Positions 1 to 7,273 of a stretch of 64,000 nt of DNA are shown here, one piece after another. The position numbers and the translations under genes were made by a program. The stretch is from a virus (lineage: Duplodnaviria > Caudoviricetes), in IMG/VR virus record IMGVR_UViG_3300021255_004000, positions 128,001-192,000 of that record; one strand, written 5' to 3'. Below the pieces are notes generated by a model. The model did no database searches and was not told the origin of the DNA. It saw only the letters and a list, made by a program, of their open reading frames with translations. The stretch's first letter is position 1, and each line of letters begins with the position of its first letter.

Positions 1-665
1 GTTTTAGGTGATACTTCAATAGTGCCTTCTGTTTTGTTACAGTGAGCAATAGCACGCAAAAGATACTTAATGAATAAGCCCTTTACATTATTCTCAAGAT
101 CTTCCCAAGAAGAGTAGTGTGCGAATGTTGCAAACTCTGTAGGGTGTCCATTTTCATAAGGAACATACTCCCAATCAACCTGCATATATTCAGCACCAAC
201 GCCTTTATACTTATTTTGATTTGCAATGACCAAAGAGTGGTCCTGGGCGAAATTAGATGTGTTTCCATAAATAGTAAAATCACCAATTGGCTGATTAACT
301 AAAGATCTTGTAAACTCACCCCACTGTTCGTGAATCTTTTCATCAACTTGAATGTCGAAGTCTCCAACCTTCTTTTTATACTCAGCGTATGTTGCAAAAG
401 GCTTCTGGAAAAATGTTCTTGATGAACCAGAGAAACAATTTCCTGATTGTAAGTATGCTTCATCTTCCCAAGCAGGAAATCCATATTTTCTTTCAAACAT
501 ATCATTTAATGTCAAAAGAAATGACATAAATTGTGTCTTAAACTCTTCAAACTGTTCAGGCGTAAACTTTGTCATCTGCAGTTTTGTTGCGCTCTTAATA
601 CCATTAGAGCCCATAGCAGAAAGATTACCGCCTTCACGAATTGCCTTAAATAATGCTTCGTTCAC
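1..665 (-). CDS. Pol-beta-like nucleotidyltransferase-fold protein, runs off the left edge (not in ORF track)
   Basis: Manual translation from GTG at 665 after SD GGAG: MNEALFKAIREGGN...CFSGSSR...VGDFDIQV...YMQVDWEY; GS + DxD + third Asp; open to position 1. Confidence 0.6.
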   Translation of the reverse strand, partial: MNEALFKAIREGGNLSAMGSNGIKSATKLQMTKFTPEQFEEFKTQFMSFLLTLNDMFERKYGFPAWEDEAYLQSGNCFSGSSRTFFQKPFATYAEYKKKVGDFDIQVDEKIHEQWGEFTRSLVNQPIGDFTIYGNTSNFAQDHSLVIANQNKYKGVGAEYMQVDWEYVPYENGHPTEFATFAHYSSWEDLENNVKGLFIKYLLRAIAHCNKTEGTIEVSPK

Positions 666-684
666 TTTTCGTTACTCCTATAAT

Positions 685-1014
685 TTAGTCATCATCGCCC
701 ATAAAGTCCTTTCCAATAAGAACAAACCTATCGCATATTGAACATCGAGCATAACGACATTTATAGAAGGAGTCAGTACCATCTTCATTCATTTTGCTTT
801 CAATGACTTCTTTTATTTCTTTTTTGTTTGGGATAAGCTGTGGCTTATTGCAGACAGGACAAAACCATAATTTTTTCATCAATTCATTTAAGGCTTTAGT
901 TGACTTCTCAACATTGCGCTGAGCGTTATCTAAAGCCTTTCTTTGATGCTTTATTTCCCGAATAAGTTTATTGTACTTATCAACGGGAGTTTCTGGAGCT
1001 TTTTTCTCACTCAT
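685..1014 (-). CDS. Coiled-coil + Zn-ribbon protein
   Basis: CPVC...CSIC; SD and ACTAATT motif upstream. Confidence 0.6.
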   Translation of the reverse strand: MSEKKAPETPVDKYNKLIREIKHQRKALDNAQRNVEKSTKALNELMKKLWFCPVCNKPQLIPNKKEIKEVIESKMNEDGTDSFYKCRYARCSICDRFVLIGKDFMGDDD

Positions 1015-1042
1015 ATGAACTCCTATTGATTAAATTAGTCTT

Positions 1043-1537
1043 TTAAGATACTTTGCCGTTTGTATCAACAAAATGGATATGAACATTTTCAGCAAAAGTT
1101 GCATCCATCATCTTCATATAGTTTTCGTGCTGATGGTCAACAACTTCATCAGGTACATTACTGCGGTCAACTTTATTTGCAAGGTCATCAGCGATGCGGT
1201 CTTTACAAAGCTGAACATTTTCTGAGTCAGTGATAAAGAAAACTTCAACATCATTGTAAGGAAACTTTTTCGCAATATCATTGATGCTTTTTGCGTGTAA
1301 GTTTGTATCAGAAATCATTACATTGTGACCGCCTGCCAAATGAGCGATCAATTCTTTGTCACGAAGCTTAATCGCTTCAAAAGTAACATTCTGATTTGAA
1401 ATATCGCCGCTTATCTTTTTGCGGAAATTATCAAGATTGAGTTCAACAGCATTAAAAGCAGAACAGTGTCTTTTTGCAAAATGTGATTTGCCACTTCCGC
1501 TGATGCCTACTGTCATATATATCTTTGGTGCGTTCAT
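1043..1537 (-). CDS. P-loop kinase (polynucleotide kinase / AAA_33-like)
   Basis: GISGSGKS, LDNFR, DTNL, R...VPDEVV. Confidence 0.8.
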   Translation of the reverse strand: MNAPKIYMTVGISGSGKSHFAKRHCSAFNAVELNLDNFRKKISGDISNQNVTFEAIKLRDKELIAHLAGGHNVMISDTNLHAKSINDIAKKFPYNDVEVFFITDSENVQLCKDRIADDLANKVDRSNVPDEVVDHQHENYMKMMDATFAENVHIHFVDTNGKVS

Positions 1538-1908
1538 TGTTTATCTCCTTTCCAAAATCCAAGTTTTCTTAAAGTTTCTTCCATAGGAATATCATAATAA
1601 TACTTTTGCCAAGTATCATAAGCATCAAGCGGCTTGTCAGGTTTTGTGAATCTTGCGGATTCCCAGTCGATTGCTGCTTCTTCTTTGTTCGGAATATCAC
1701 GAAATGTTGAAATGCCATCAGAATATAAATGAGCGTGATGGCCTGAAAAAGTTCGATGCAGCTTTGTTGCGATATAATCACCAAACAAAGCAATGTTTAT
1801 CATTTTCCAAAAATCGTGAAAAGGGAAAGAAAGTCCCTTTTCTTTTGCAATTCTTTGAACTTCCTTTCGATGTTGAATAACATATTTGATGTCATCAATT
1901 CTTTTCAT
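1534..1908 (-). CDS. HD-like phage protein (DUF5662-like)
   Basis: H..., HD, HR..HH, DWES motifs. Confidence 0.55.
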   Translation of the reverse strand: MKRIDDIKYVIQHRKEVQRIAKEKGLSFPFHDFWKMINIALFGDYIATKLHRTFSGHHAHLYSDGISTFRDIPNKEEAAIDWESARFTKPDKPLDAYDTWQKYYYDIPMEETLRKLGFWKGDKQ

Positions 1909-2128
1909 TTAATGCCTTCAGTATTTCTTCGTTCTGTTTAATAATGAGTTCCTGATTTTCAAGAATCTTTTGATCTTGATTAAAAAGAACAATTTGATTG
2001 TGATACACTGCGCCTCTGATAAGAGTGTTGCGATATTGGGATTCATCTTTTTCAGACCTGTATGTACAACTTGTAAACAATGCAAGTACTGCAACCAATG
2101 AAATAATCAAAATCTTTTTCATACGCAT
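1895..2128 (-). CDS. Small lipoprotein
   Basis: MKK + hydrophobic stretch + lipobox FTSC, short coiled coil. Confidence 0.65.
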   Translation of the reverse strand: MRMKKILIISLVAVLALFTSCTYRSEKDESQYRNTLIRGAVYHNQIVLFNQDQKILENQELIIKQNEEILKALNEKN

Positions 2129-2421
2129 CCTACCTTTGAAACAAAACTTAAATTGTCTTCGACATCAGACAAAAAGTCGGGCAGCATAACTCTTCCGTTT
2201 TTATACATATCTTCTTTTGCTCTTTGCAAATCATCAAAGAAGTCACTGTCCCAAATGTCAAGTTGAAGACAGAAATGATCTTCCTTTACACCAGGGACTT
2301 TACCGCCAAAATTGCCATACAAAGAAATCCATCTTTTGAAGTGTTTCTTTGCTTCAACTTCAACAATGTGTTTGAGTTCCTTTTCCTGCTCAGGCTTTTG
2401 GTACGCAAATCTTATCTTCAT
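2119..2421 (-). CDS. Hypothetical protein (start reassigned to MKIRF)
   Basis: SD-like AAGGT before ATG 2421; the longer ORF overlaps the upstream gene extensively. Confidence 0.55.
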   Translation of the reverse strand: MKIRFAYQKPEQEKELKHIVEVEAKKHFKRWISLYGNFGGKVPGVKEDHFCLQLDIWDSDFFDDLQRAKEDMYKNGRVMLPDFLSDVEDNLSFVSKVGCV

Positions 2422-2755
2422 TTTTAACCTTCCGTCCATATCCTGCTTTTGCCATTCGTTGCTTGTCAAAAACTGTCTTACTGTTCCAAGACTTCTCTTT
2501 CCAAGTAACAACCTTCCAATTTTTGAAATGTTCACAGTACTGAACAACCAAGTAATTGTATTCATCAAGAGCCACATTAACTGAGCCATCAGTGTTGAAA
2601 TATGCAACAAGTGGACTCTCAAACAACTGTTTTATATTAACAGGAACTCTTTCCTGAAGTCTTTCACGAGCATGCTGGGAAATGAAAAGATTGTCATAAA
2701 TCTCTTTCAATTCTGCGGAGGACAGTTCTTCTCCGCGATTTTTAATTGCAATCAT
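2390..2755 (-). CDS. Small protein with RelE/DUF4258-like signature
   Basis: SQHARERLQER ... KVVT. Confidence 0.45.
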   Translation of the reverse strand: MIAIKNRGEELSSAELKEIYDNLFISQHARERLQERVPVNIKQLFESPLVAYFNTDGSVNVALDEYNYLVVQYCEHFKNWKVVTWKEKSWNSKTVFDKQRMAKAGYGRKVKNEDKICVPKA

Positions 2756-2958
2756 TTCTTGCTCCTAAAGCGGTCATAATATTCCTTCTGCTTACGCTTA
2801 TGTCTTTTGAAACAAGCAATAATTGCGGCAACTGTTATGATGATTGCAAGAGCAATTCCTATTCCAAGTTGATTAGGATTAGCAGCGCCTTCAATAACGC
2901 ATCCAATTACCAAAGCAGTTGAAATTACACCTGCAAAATAAGGTATGATAAATCTCAT
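2752..2958 (-). CDS. Small 2-TM membrane protein
   Basis: Two hydrophobic segments, basic tail. Confidence 0.6.
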   Translation of the reverse strand: MRFIIPYFAGVISTALVIGCVIEGAANPNQLGIGIALAIIITVAAIIACFKRHKRKQKEYYDRFRSKK

Positions 2959-3218
2959 TTATGTTTTGCCCTCCATAAGAACAGAGCACAAAGTCCTACA
3001 GAAACTGCGAACAGTGGCTCAGTTATAACCTGAACTGTTCTTGGTGTAAAGTTTTCAACACCAAAGTCCATTGCAATAAACAGAAACTTTAGAAATCCTA
3101 AAGCTCCCATAATGTAATTCACTACTTTTTGTGGTGACAACTTCTGTGTAAACCAAAAGATGTCAATCAAAGCCATTGCAAAAGCAAAAAAGAAATAAAC
3201 AATTTTCGCTACAAGCAT
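2955..3218 (-). CDS. Small 3-TM membrane protein
   Basis: Three hydrophobic segments; coupled to neighbours. Confidence 0.6.
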   Translation of the reverse strand: MLVAKIVYFFFAFAMALIDIFWFTQKLSPQKVVNYIMGALGFLKFLFIAMDFGVENFTPRTVQVITEPLFAVSVGLCALFLWRAKHK

Positions 3219-3580
3219 TTCAGCTCCTTAAAGGTTGCAATCATTTTAGGAATGTTTCTCGCAAACCAATCAACCATTTCTTCATTTACAGCCCAAGCAT
3301 CACAAGCATTTGAACTGTCGCCAAGACCACTTTCATAAAGATATGCGTGTATCAATTCGTGACGAAGAACCCTTTTCTGATTGATATACTGTGACTGCAT
3401 ATCAAACGCAAGAGGGTCATCATTCATTTTGACATTCTCTATGATAATTTCACGAGCGGCATCATTTGTGATACCGTTCGCTTGTTCAAAAGCAGGGTCA
3501 TCATCGACATATTTGATTGTCCAAGTTGACCCAAGAATGTCAACTGTCTTTACATCATCAGATGTATTCTGTGTCGCCAT
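3209..3580 (-). CDS. HExxH zinc-metallopeptidase-like phage protein
   Basis: VLRHELIHA ... NEEMVDWFA. Confidence 0.7.
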   Translation of the reverse strand: MATQNTSDDVKTVDILGSTWTIKYVDDDPAFEQANGITNDAAREIIIENVKMNDDPLAFDMQSQYINQKRVLRHELIHAYLYESGLGDSSNACDAWAVNEEMVDWFARNIPKMIATFKELKCL

Positions 3581-3764
3581 TGTACATTGCCTCGCTTATT
3601 TCAGAATAAGCCTGACCAGCGTCATCAAGATCCTCAGCAAGACCTTCAACCACGCGGCCTGTTTTTGATACGGTCAAACCGTACATATCTTCAAGCGTGT
3701 CTTTTACTGACAACATCTTTTTCGCTGCGTTTCCTTTCAACATTACCTTAACAACTGCTCTCAT
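3558..3764 (-). CDS. Hypothetical protein
   Basis: SD GGAGG, coupled ORF. Confidence 0.6.
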   Translation of the reverse strand: MRAVVKVMLKGNAAKKMLSVKDTLEDMYGLTVSKTGRVVEGLAEDLDDAGQAYSEISEAMYNGDTEYI

Positions 3765-3774
3765 ATTCTTCCTC

Positions 3775-3951
3775 CTATTTTATAGCCCAACTGCTATTTC
3801 TAAGTTTTGTAAATACTCTTTCTGATCTTCTACCGTAGTGAGCTCCTGCATCACGAGCAACCTGTTCAAGCTTTTTTACAAGTGCGAGAACTTCTTTACT
3901 TGCACCAGCGGCCTTGATCTCATCCATAATTGCTTTTTCTGCTTTTGTCAT
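3775..3951 (-). CDS. 58-aa basic early protein (not in ORF track)
   Basis: MTKAEKAIMDEIKAAG...; SD AGGAG; first gene after the early promoter. Confidence 0.6.
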   Translation of the reverse strand: MTKAEKAIMDEIKAAGASKEVLALVKKLEQVARDAGAHYGRRSERVFTKLRNSSWAIK

Positions 3952-3984
3952 ATTTTGCTCCTTTTATTTGGTTTTTACAAAAAT

Positions 3985-4013
3985 AATATAAAAGAAACTA
4001 AATCAAAGTTCAA
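3985..4013 (-). promoter_or_regulatory. Class I (early, sigma70-like) promoter
   Basis: TTGAAC-17bp-TATATT; one of 8 copies. Confidence 0.85.
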
Positions 4014-4023
4014 ATAATTTCCC

Positions 4024-4052
4024 ACTTTTTTAGCTATATGGGACAATAATAA
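4024..4052 (-). repeat. 29-bp dispersed element, copy A (inverted)
   Basis: Reverse complement is TTATTATTGTCCCATATAGCTAAAAAAGT, identical to 34904 and 59959. Confidence 0.95.
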
Positions 4053-4112
4053 AATATGAAAAATGATATTTTATTTTATTATTTGTTAATATTTTTATTG
4101 GAGGATTGTCAA

Positions 4113-4310
4113 ATGGACATTAAAGTAAAGAAATCAAAAGACAGAACAACTGTCGTTTTTGAGAGTTCAAATCGTGAATTCAACTTTCAGGAAGTTGAAG
4201 GTGATGCTATTTCAACAAATGAAAAGATGACTTTTACAGACATCATCAAGTCACTTTACCTTGCAGGTAAAAACAATGATGCAGTGTTTATTGAAACAGA
4301 AAATGAATAA
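4113..4310 (+). CDS. Small hypothetical protein (start reassigned)
   Basis: GTTAATAT at 4085, SD GGAGG, ATG 4113. Confidence 0.65.
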   Translation: MDIKVKKSKDRTTVVFESSNREFNFQEVEGDAISTNEKMTFTDIIKSLYLAGKNNDAVFIETENE

Positions 4311-4321
4311 GAGGTATTAAA

Positions 4322-4678
4322 ATGGCCAAAGAGAAAATGACAGATGAAGAGAAACGAGAACAGGAAGAAAGAGATCAGTATGGCGGATATTTGCTCAAAG
4401 AGTTGATAACTCCTCCAACAACTGAAAAGCAGCTTGACATCTTCCTTGAAGATAAGTATGGTGTGTACATCGTTGATGAAGCCAAGTTTAAGCCTTTGTT
4501 CGTTGAAAGCAATCATCACTGTTTGACAAATAAAGCTAACACTTGTATGTGTAAAGATTTCCGTTTGCGTGACAGCGAAGGAAAATGCGCTTGCGGAAGA
4601 TATGAGAAAAGACTCCGCGATGAAGATGACTTTATTAAGATGCGTATTGCATCAATGAAGCGCGGCAAAAAAGGTTAA
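4322..4678 (+). CDS. Ferredoxin-thioredoxin reductase catalytic-subunit-like Cys protein
   Basis: HC...CMC...GKCACGRY resembles CPC/CPC/CHC spacing. Confidence 0.5.
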   Translation: MAKEKMTDEEKREQEERDQYGGYLLKELITPPTTEKQLDIFLEDKYGVYIVDEAKFKPLFVESNHHCLTNKANTCMCKDFRLRDSEGKCACGRYEKRLRDEDDFIKMRIASMKRGKKG

Positions 4679-4687
4679 TATATCATT

Positions 4688-5365
4688 ATGGGAAGAACTA
4701 TCGTTGAAAAAGAAGAGACGATAAATAAACAAGAAGCTCCTCAAACTTTGTATCAACCTGCAGATGATGGCATTGGCTCAGCAGAAGCAGATATAAATGA
4801 TACAAGTATTTCAGGAGTAATGAACTTCTATGAAGATCAGCTTATTAAGTTTGTTTCTGAACAAGTTACAAAAATGGACCAAAAGCTGCTCTTTGATGGA
4901 AACTCGTCTCCTCCGTTACCTTTAATTGATAAAGCTATTATGCAGCACGAGCATGTCACAATGGCATTGACTGCTCTTTATGAACAAGCTCGATGGGCTT
5001 GGAACACTGCAAAAGAAGCTTATGCTGAATGGCACGCAAAAAAGTTTCTTGAAATCCGTATGGAGGTAAATAAGAAAGAAGATGCTCGAGCAAAGTGGTT
5101 TAAGGACACTGAAATCGAGTATATGATTATTGCAAAATATACAAAAGAAGTTGCAGACTTCAAAGCAAGAATTCAACTTGCTGATGCAAAAGTTTCATTG
5201 TTCAGAAGATTGATTGACAGTTGGAACCAATATGCATTCCAGCTTGGTCAGTTGTCAAGAAACGGTATTGCAGAAAAGAACTCTTCTGATATGACTGACA
5301 AGTACGAAGATCAGGACCCAGTTGATACTGCAACACTTGCACTTGCTGCAATGGGACAACAATAA
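4688..5365 (+). CDS. UvsY-like recombination mediator (helical)
   Basis: Helical pattern ...TEIEYMI...VSLFRRLIDSWNQYAFQL resembles T4 UvsY C-terminus. Confidence 0.4.
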   Translation: MGRTIVEKEETINKQEAPQTLYQPADDGIGSAEADINDTSISGVMNFYEDQLIKFVSEQVTKMDQKLLFDGNSSPPLPLIDKAIMQHEHVTMALTALYEQARWAWNTAKEAYAEWHAKKFLEIRMEVNKKEDARAKWFKDTEIEYMIIAKYTKEVADFKARIQLADAKVSLFRRLIDSWNQYAFQLGQLSRNGIAEKNSSDMTDKYEDQDPVDTATLALAAMGQQ

Positions 5366-5399
5366 AGCCTACATTTCTGTAAAATATACTAAATGGATA

Positions 5400-5503
5400 A
5401 CAGTACCAAACGCGGGCTTCGGCTCGGTTTGGCCTTCATTTTGCAACTATGCCGCGAAAGCGGATAGAATATATTTTATAGGAGATCGCACTATGCGTGG
5501 ATC
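5400..5503 (+). promoter_or_regulatory. Structured 5' leader of hsp20 (candidate RNA thermometer)
   Basis: Hairpins 5406-5432 (UUCG loop) and 5447-5467 (GAAA loop); AUG inside CGCA-CTA-TGCG. Confidence 0.5.
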
Positions 5504-6101
5504 ATTGGATTTTGACGTCCCTGGTTTGGGAGTCTTTGGTTCTCCACTCTTTGGAGAAAAGATTTTGAATGCCTTGATGACAGGTGAGTGTCCTGAAGGA
5601 ACTCGTACTTATCAGAAAGACATAATTGATGCTGATGGCAACAAGGTTGGAAAAACTATTGTTCGCACATACTCATCAGGCCGTTCTACTGCGCCATCAA
5701 GTCTTGTTGGCAGCAATTACCCTCCTTGTAACATTTACACTGATGAAAACAAAAGAAAGGTTTATGAGTTTGCAATCGCAGGCTATGATCCTAAAAATGT
5801 TTCATTTGCTGTAGATGAAAACAATCCATCTTACATCAATCTTATTCTCAAGTCAGGCTTAACTGAGGTTAAGGAATCTGAAAAAGAAGATGACGATGAG
5901 GACAAGAAAGAAGAGCCAAAAGTTGAAAAGGCGATCATTTACGACTATCAGAAGTTTGTTGTAAAAGATCACACTTGTCCATTCTATGTCGACCGTGACC
6001 GTTACGACATTGAACAGTCAACTGTTGAGTTCAAGAATGGTACTGTAAAGATTTCTTTTGAACCGAAGAAAGTTGCTTTCAACCCTAAAGTTGTAAACTA
6101 A
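5493..6101 (+). CDS. Small heat-shock protein, Hsp20/IbpA-like (start reassigned to 5493)
   Basis: SNYPPCNI, FAIAGY, FKNGTVKI alpha-crystallin motifs; SD AGGAG. Confidence 0.8.
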   Translation: MRGSLDFDVPGLGVFGSPLFGEKILNALMTGECPEGTRTYQKDIIDADGNKVGKTIVRTYSSGRSTAPSSLVGSNYPPCNIYTDENKRKVYEFAIAGYDPKNVSFAVDENNPSYINLILKSGLTEVKESEKEDDDEDKKEEPKVEKAIIYDYQKFVVKDHTCPFYVDRDRYDIEQSTVEFKNGTVKISFEPKKVAFNPKVVN

Positions 6102-6132
6102 AGTAATTTTTGGAGGTTTATTGGAGGTCAAA

Positions 6133-6157
6133 AAAGGCGAGCAGGAAGCTCGCCTTT
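6133..6157. terminator. Bidirectional intrinsic terminator
   Basis: AAAGGCGAGC-AGGAA-GCTCGCCTTT between convergent genes. Confidence 0.85.
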
Positions 6158-6163
6158 ATAGAT

Positions 6164-6784
6164 TTATTTTTGTTGCTGTTGTAAATATGCAATAAGATCT
6201 TGTGGTGAACAGTTTTTAAGTATTCTTGTATTAAGCAAGTTTTGAATTGCTGGTGTTACTTTGCTTACATCTCCCTGAGGCTGTTCAGGCTGTGGCTGTT
6301 GCGGCTGAGGCTGAGGCTGCTGTTGTGAACCATCTGCAGCAGGAGCAGTTTCAGCATTTTCTGGCTGACCTTCTGCATTTGTTGCTGGTGCAGCTTCACT
6401 TTGATTTGTTTGTGCAGATTCAGAATTATTCTGTTGAGTTTCTTCGGGTTTTAACATTGGAGCATTTTTTAATGCAAGAATGTTTTCTTTAGAAGTTTTC
6501 AACAATCCTAAAAGATTTCCGTTTCCTGCAATCTTATCAAGTATTGAAGGATCTGCTTTTAACTTTGCTAAAACATCAGCAGGTTTTAATGTTTCACCTT
6601 GTTTAAGTCCCAAAACTTCTGCAGCTAAATTGTTTGCTGCATTAGAATTTGCCTGAGCTTTGTTTGCATCTTTATGTGCTTGTGCAGAAGCTTTGTTAGC
6701 AGCATCTGCATTTTCAGCAGCTTGCTGAACAGGATCTTTTGGAGCATTTTCAAATAACGCTTTCTCAAATGAAGTATCAATCAT
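6164..6784 (-). CDS. Low-complexity Ala/Gln/Pro protein, probable head internal protein
   Basis: Downstream of protease; N-terminal LFEN; QPQP tract. Confidence 0.5.
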   Translation of the reverse strand: MIDTSFEKALFENAPKDPVQQAAENADAANKASAQAHKDANKAQANSNAANNLAAEVLGLKQGETLKPADVLAKLKADPSILDKIAGNGNLLGLLKTSKENILALKNAPMLKPEETQQNNSESAQTNQSEAAPATNAEGQPENAETAPAADGSQQQPQPQPQQPQPEQPQGDVSKVTPAIQNLLNTRILKNCSPQDLIAYLQQQQK

Positions 6785-7212
6785 TATACCTGAGCCCCCT
6801 TGTCTCCACCATTATTAGCCTCTTTTTCTGCGTTTTGCAATTCTTTATTGGCGTTTCTTTTAACATTATTAGCTTCAGCACTTGCGGCTTTTGCTTTATC
6901 AGCATCTTTTTGTACATCACCAGCAGCTGTATTAGTAAGAAGACTTGATAAGCTATTTGCTAAGTTTTCAAGTTTATTGTCAAGGTCTTTACCTGCTTGC
7001 TTTTGCTGTATGTTATTAGCAGCATTTTGAAGACCTGCTTTTGCACTATTGTAAGCGCCTTGAACTCCTGCTTTAACTGCGTGACCAGCATTTTTCACAG
7101 CGCCTTTTACTGCAGCGCCAGCTGCTTTTGCAAGACCACTGACAATTCCTGCTTCTTCAAGTTTATTTGCTGTTTCTATACCTTCAAGAAGGTTTGTCAA
7201 TTCTTCGTTCAT
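6784..7212 (-). CDS. Ala/Lys/Asn-rich probable head internal protein
   Basis: LLEG/LEEA near N-terminus then amphipathic A/K-rich helices. Confidence 0.5.
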   Translation of the reverse strand: MNEELTNLLEGIETANKLEEAGIVSGLAKAAGAAVKGAVKNAGHAVKAGVQGAYNSAKAGLQNAANNIQQKQAGKDLDNKLENLANSLSSLLTNTAAGDVQKDADKAKAASAEANNVKRNANKELQNAEKEANNGGDKGAQV

Positions 7213-7234
7213 ATGTTCCTCTTAAAAGAAAATT

Positions 7235-7257
7235 GCCCACTCCGAAGTGGAATGGGC
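7235..7257 (-). terminator. Intrinsic terminator / processing hairpin
   Basis: GCCCA..TCC/GGA..TGGGC stem followed by a T-rich run on the minus strand. Confidence 0.6.
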
Positions 7258-7273
7258 TTTGATTATTTCAGGA

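Noticed and set aside
2634-2641. Intragenic GTTAATAT matches (also near 49034 and 52723)
   Set aside because: An AT-rich 8-mer is expected several times by chance; only copies positioned at gene starts were counted
5322-5492. 57-aa N-terminal extension of Hsp20 in the ORF track
   Set aside because: Overlaps the upstream gene and a promoter motif; SD and ATG at 5493 fit better
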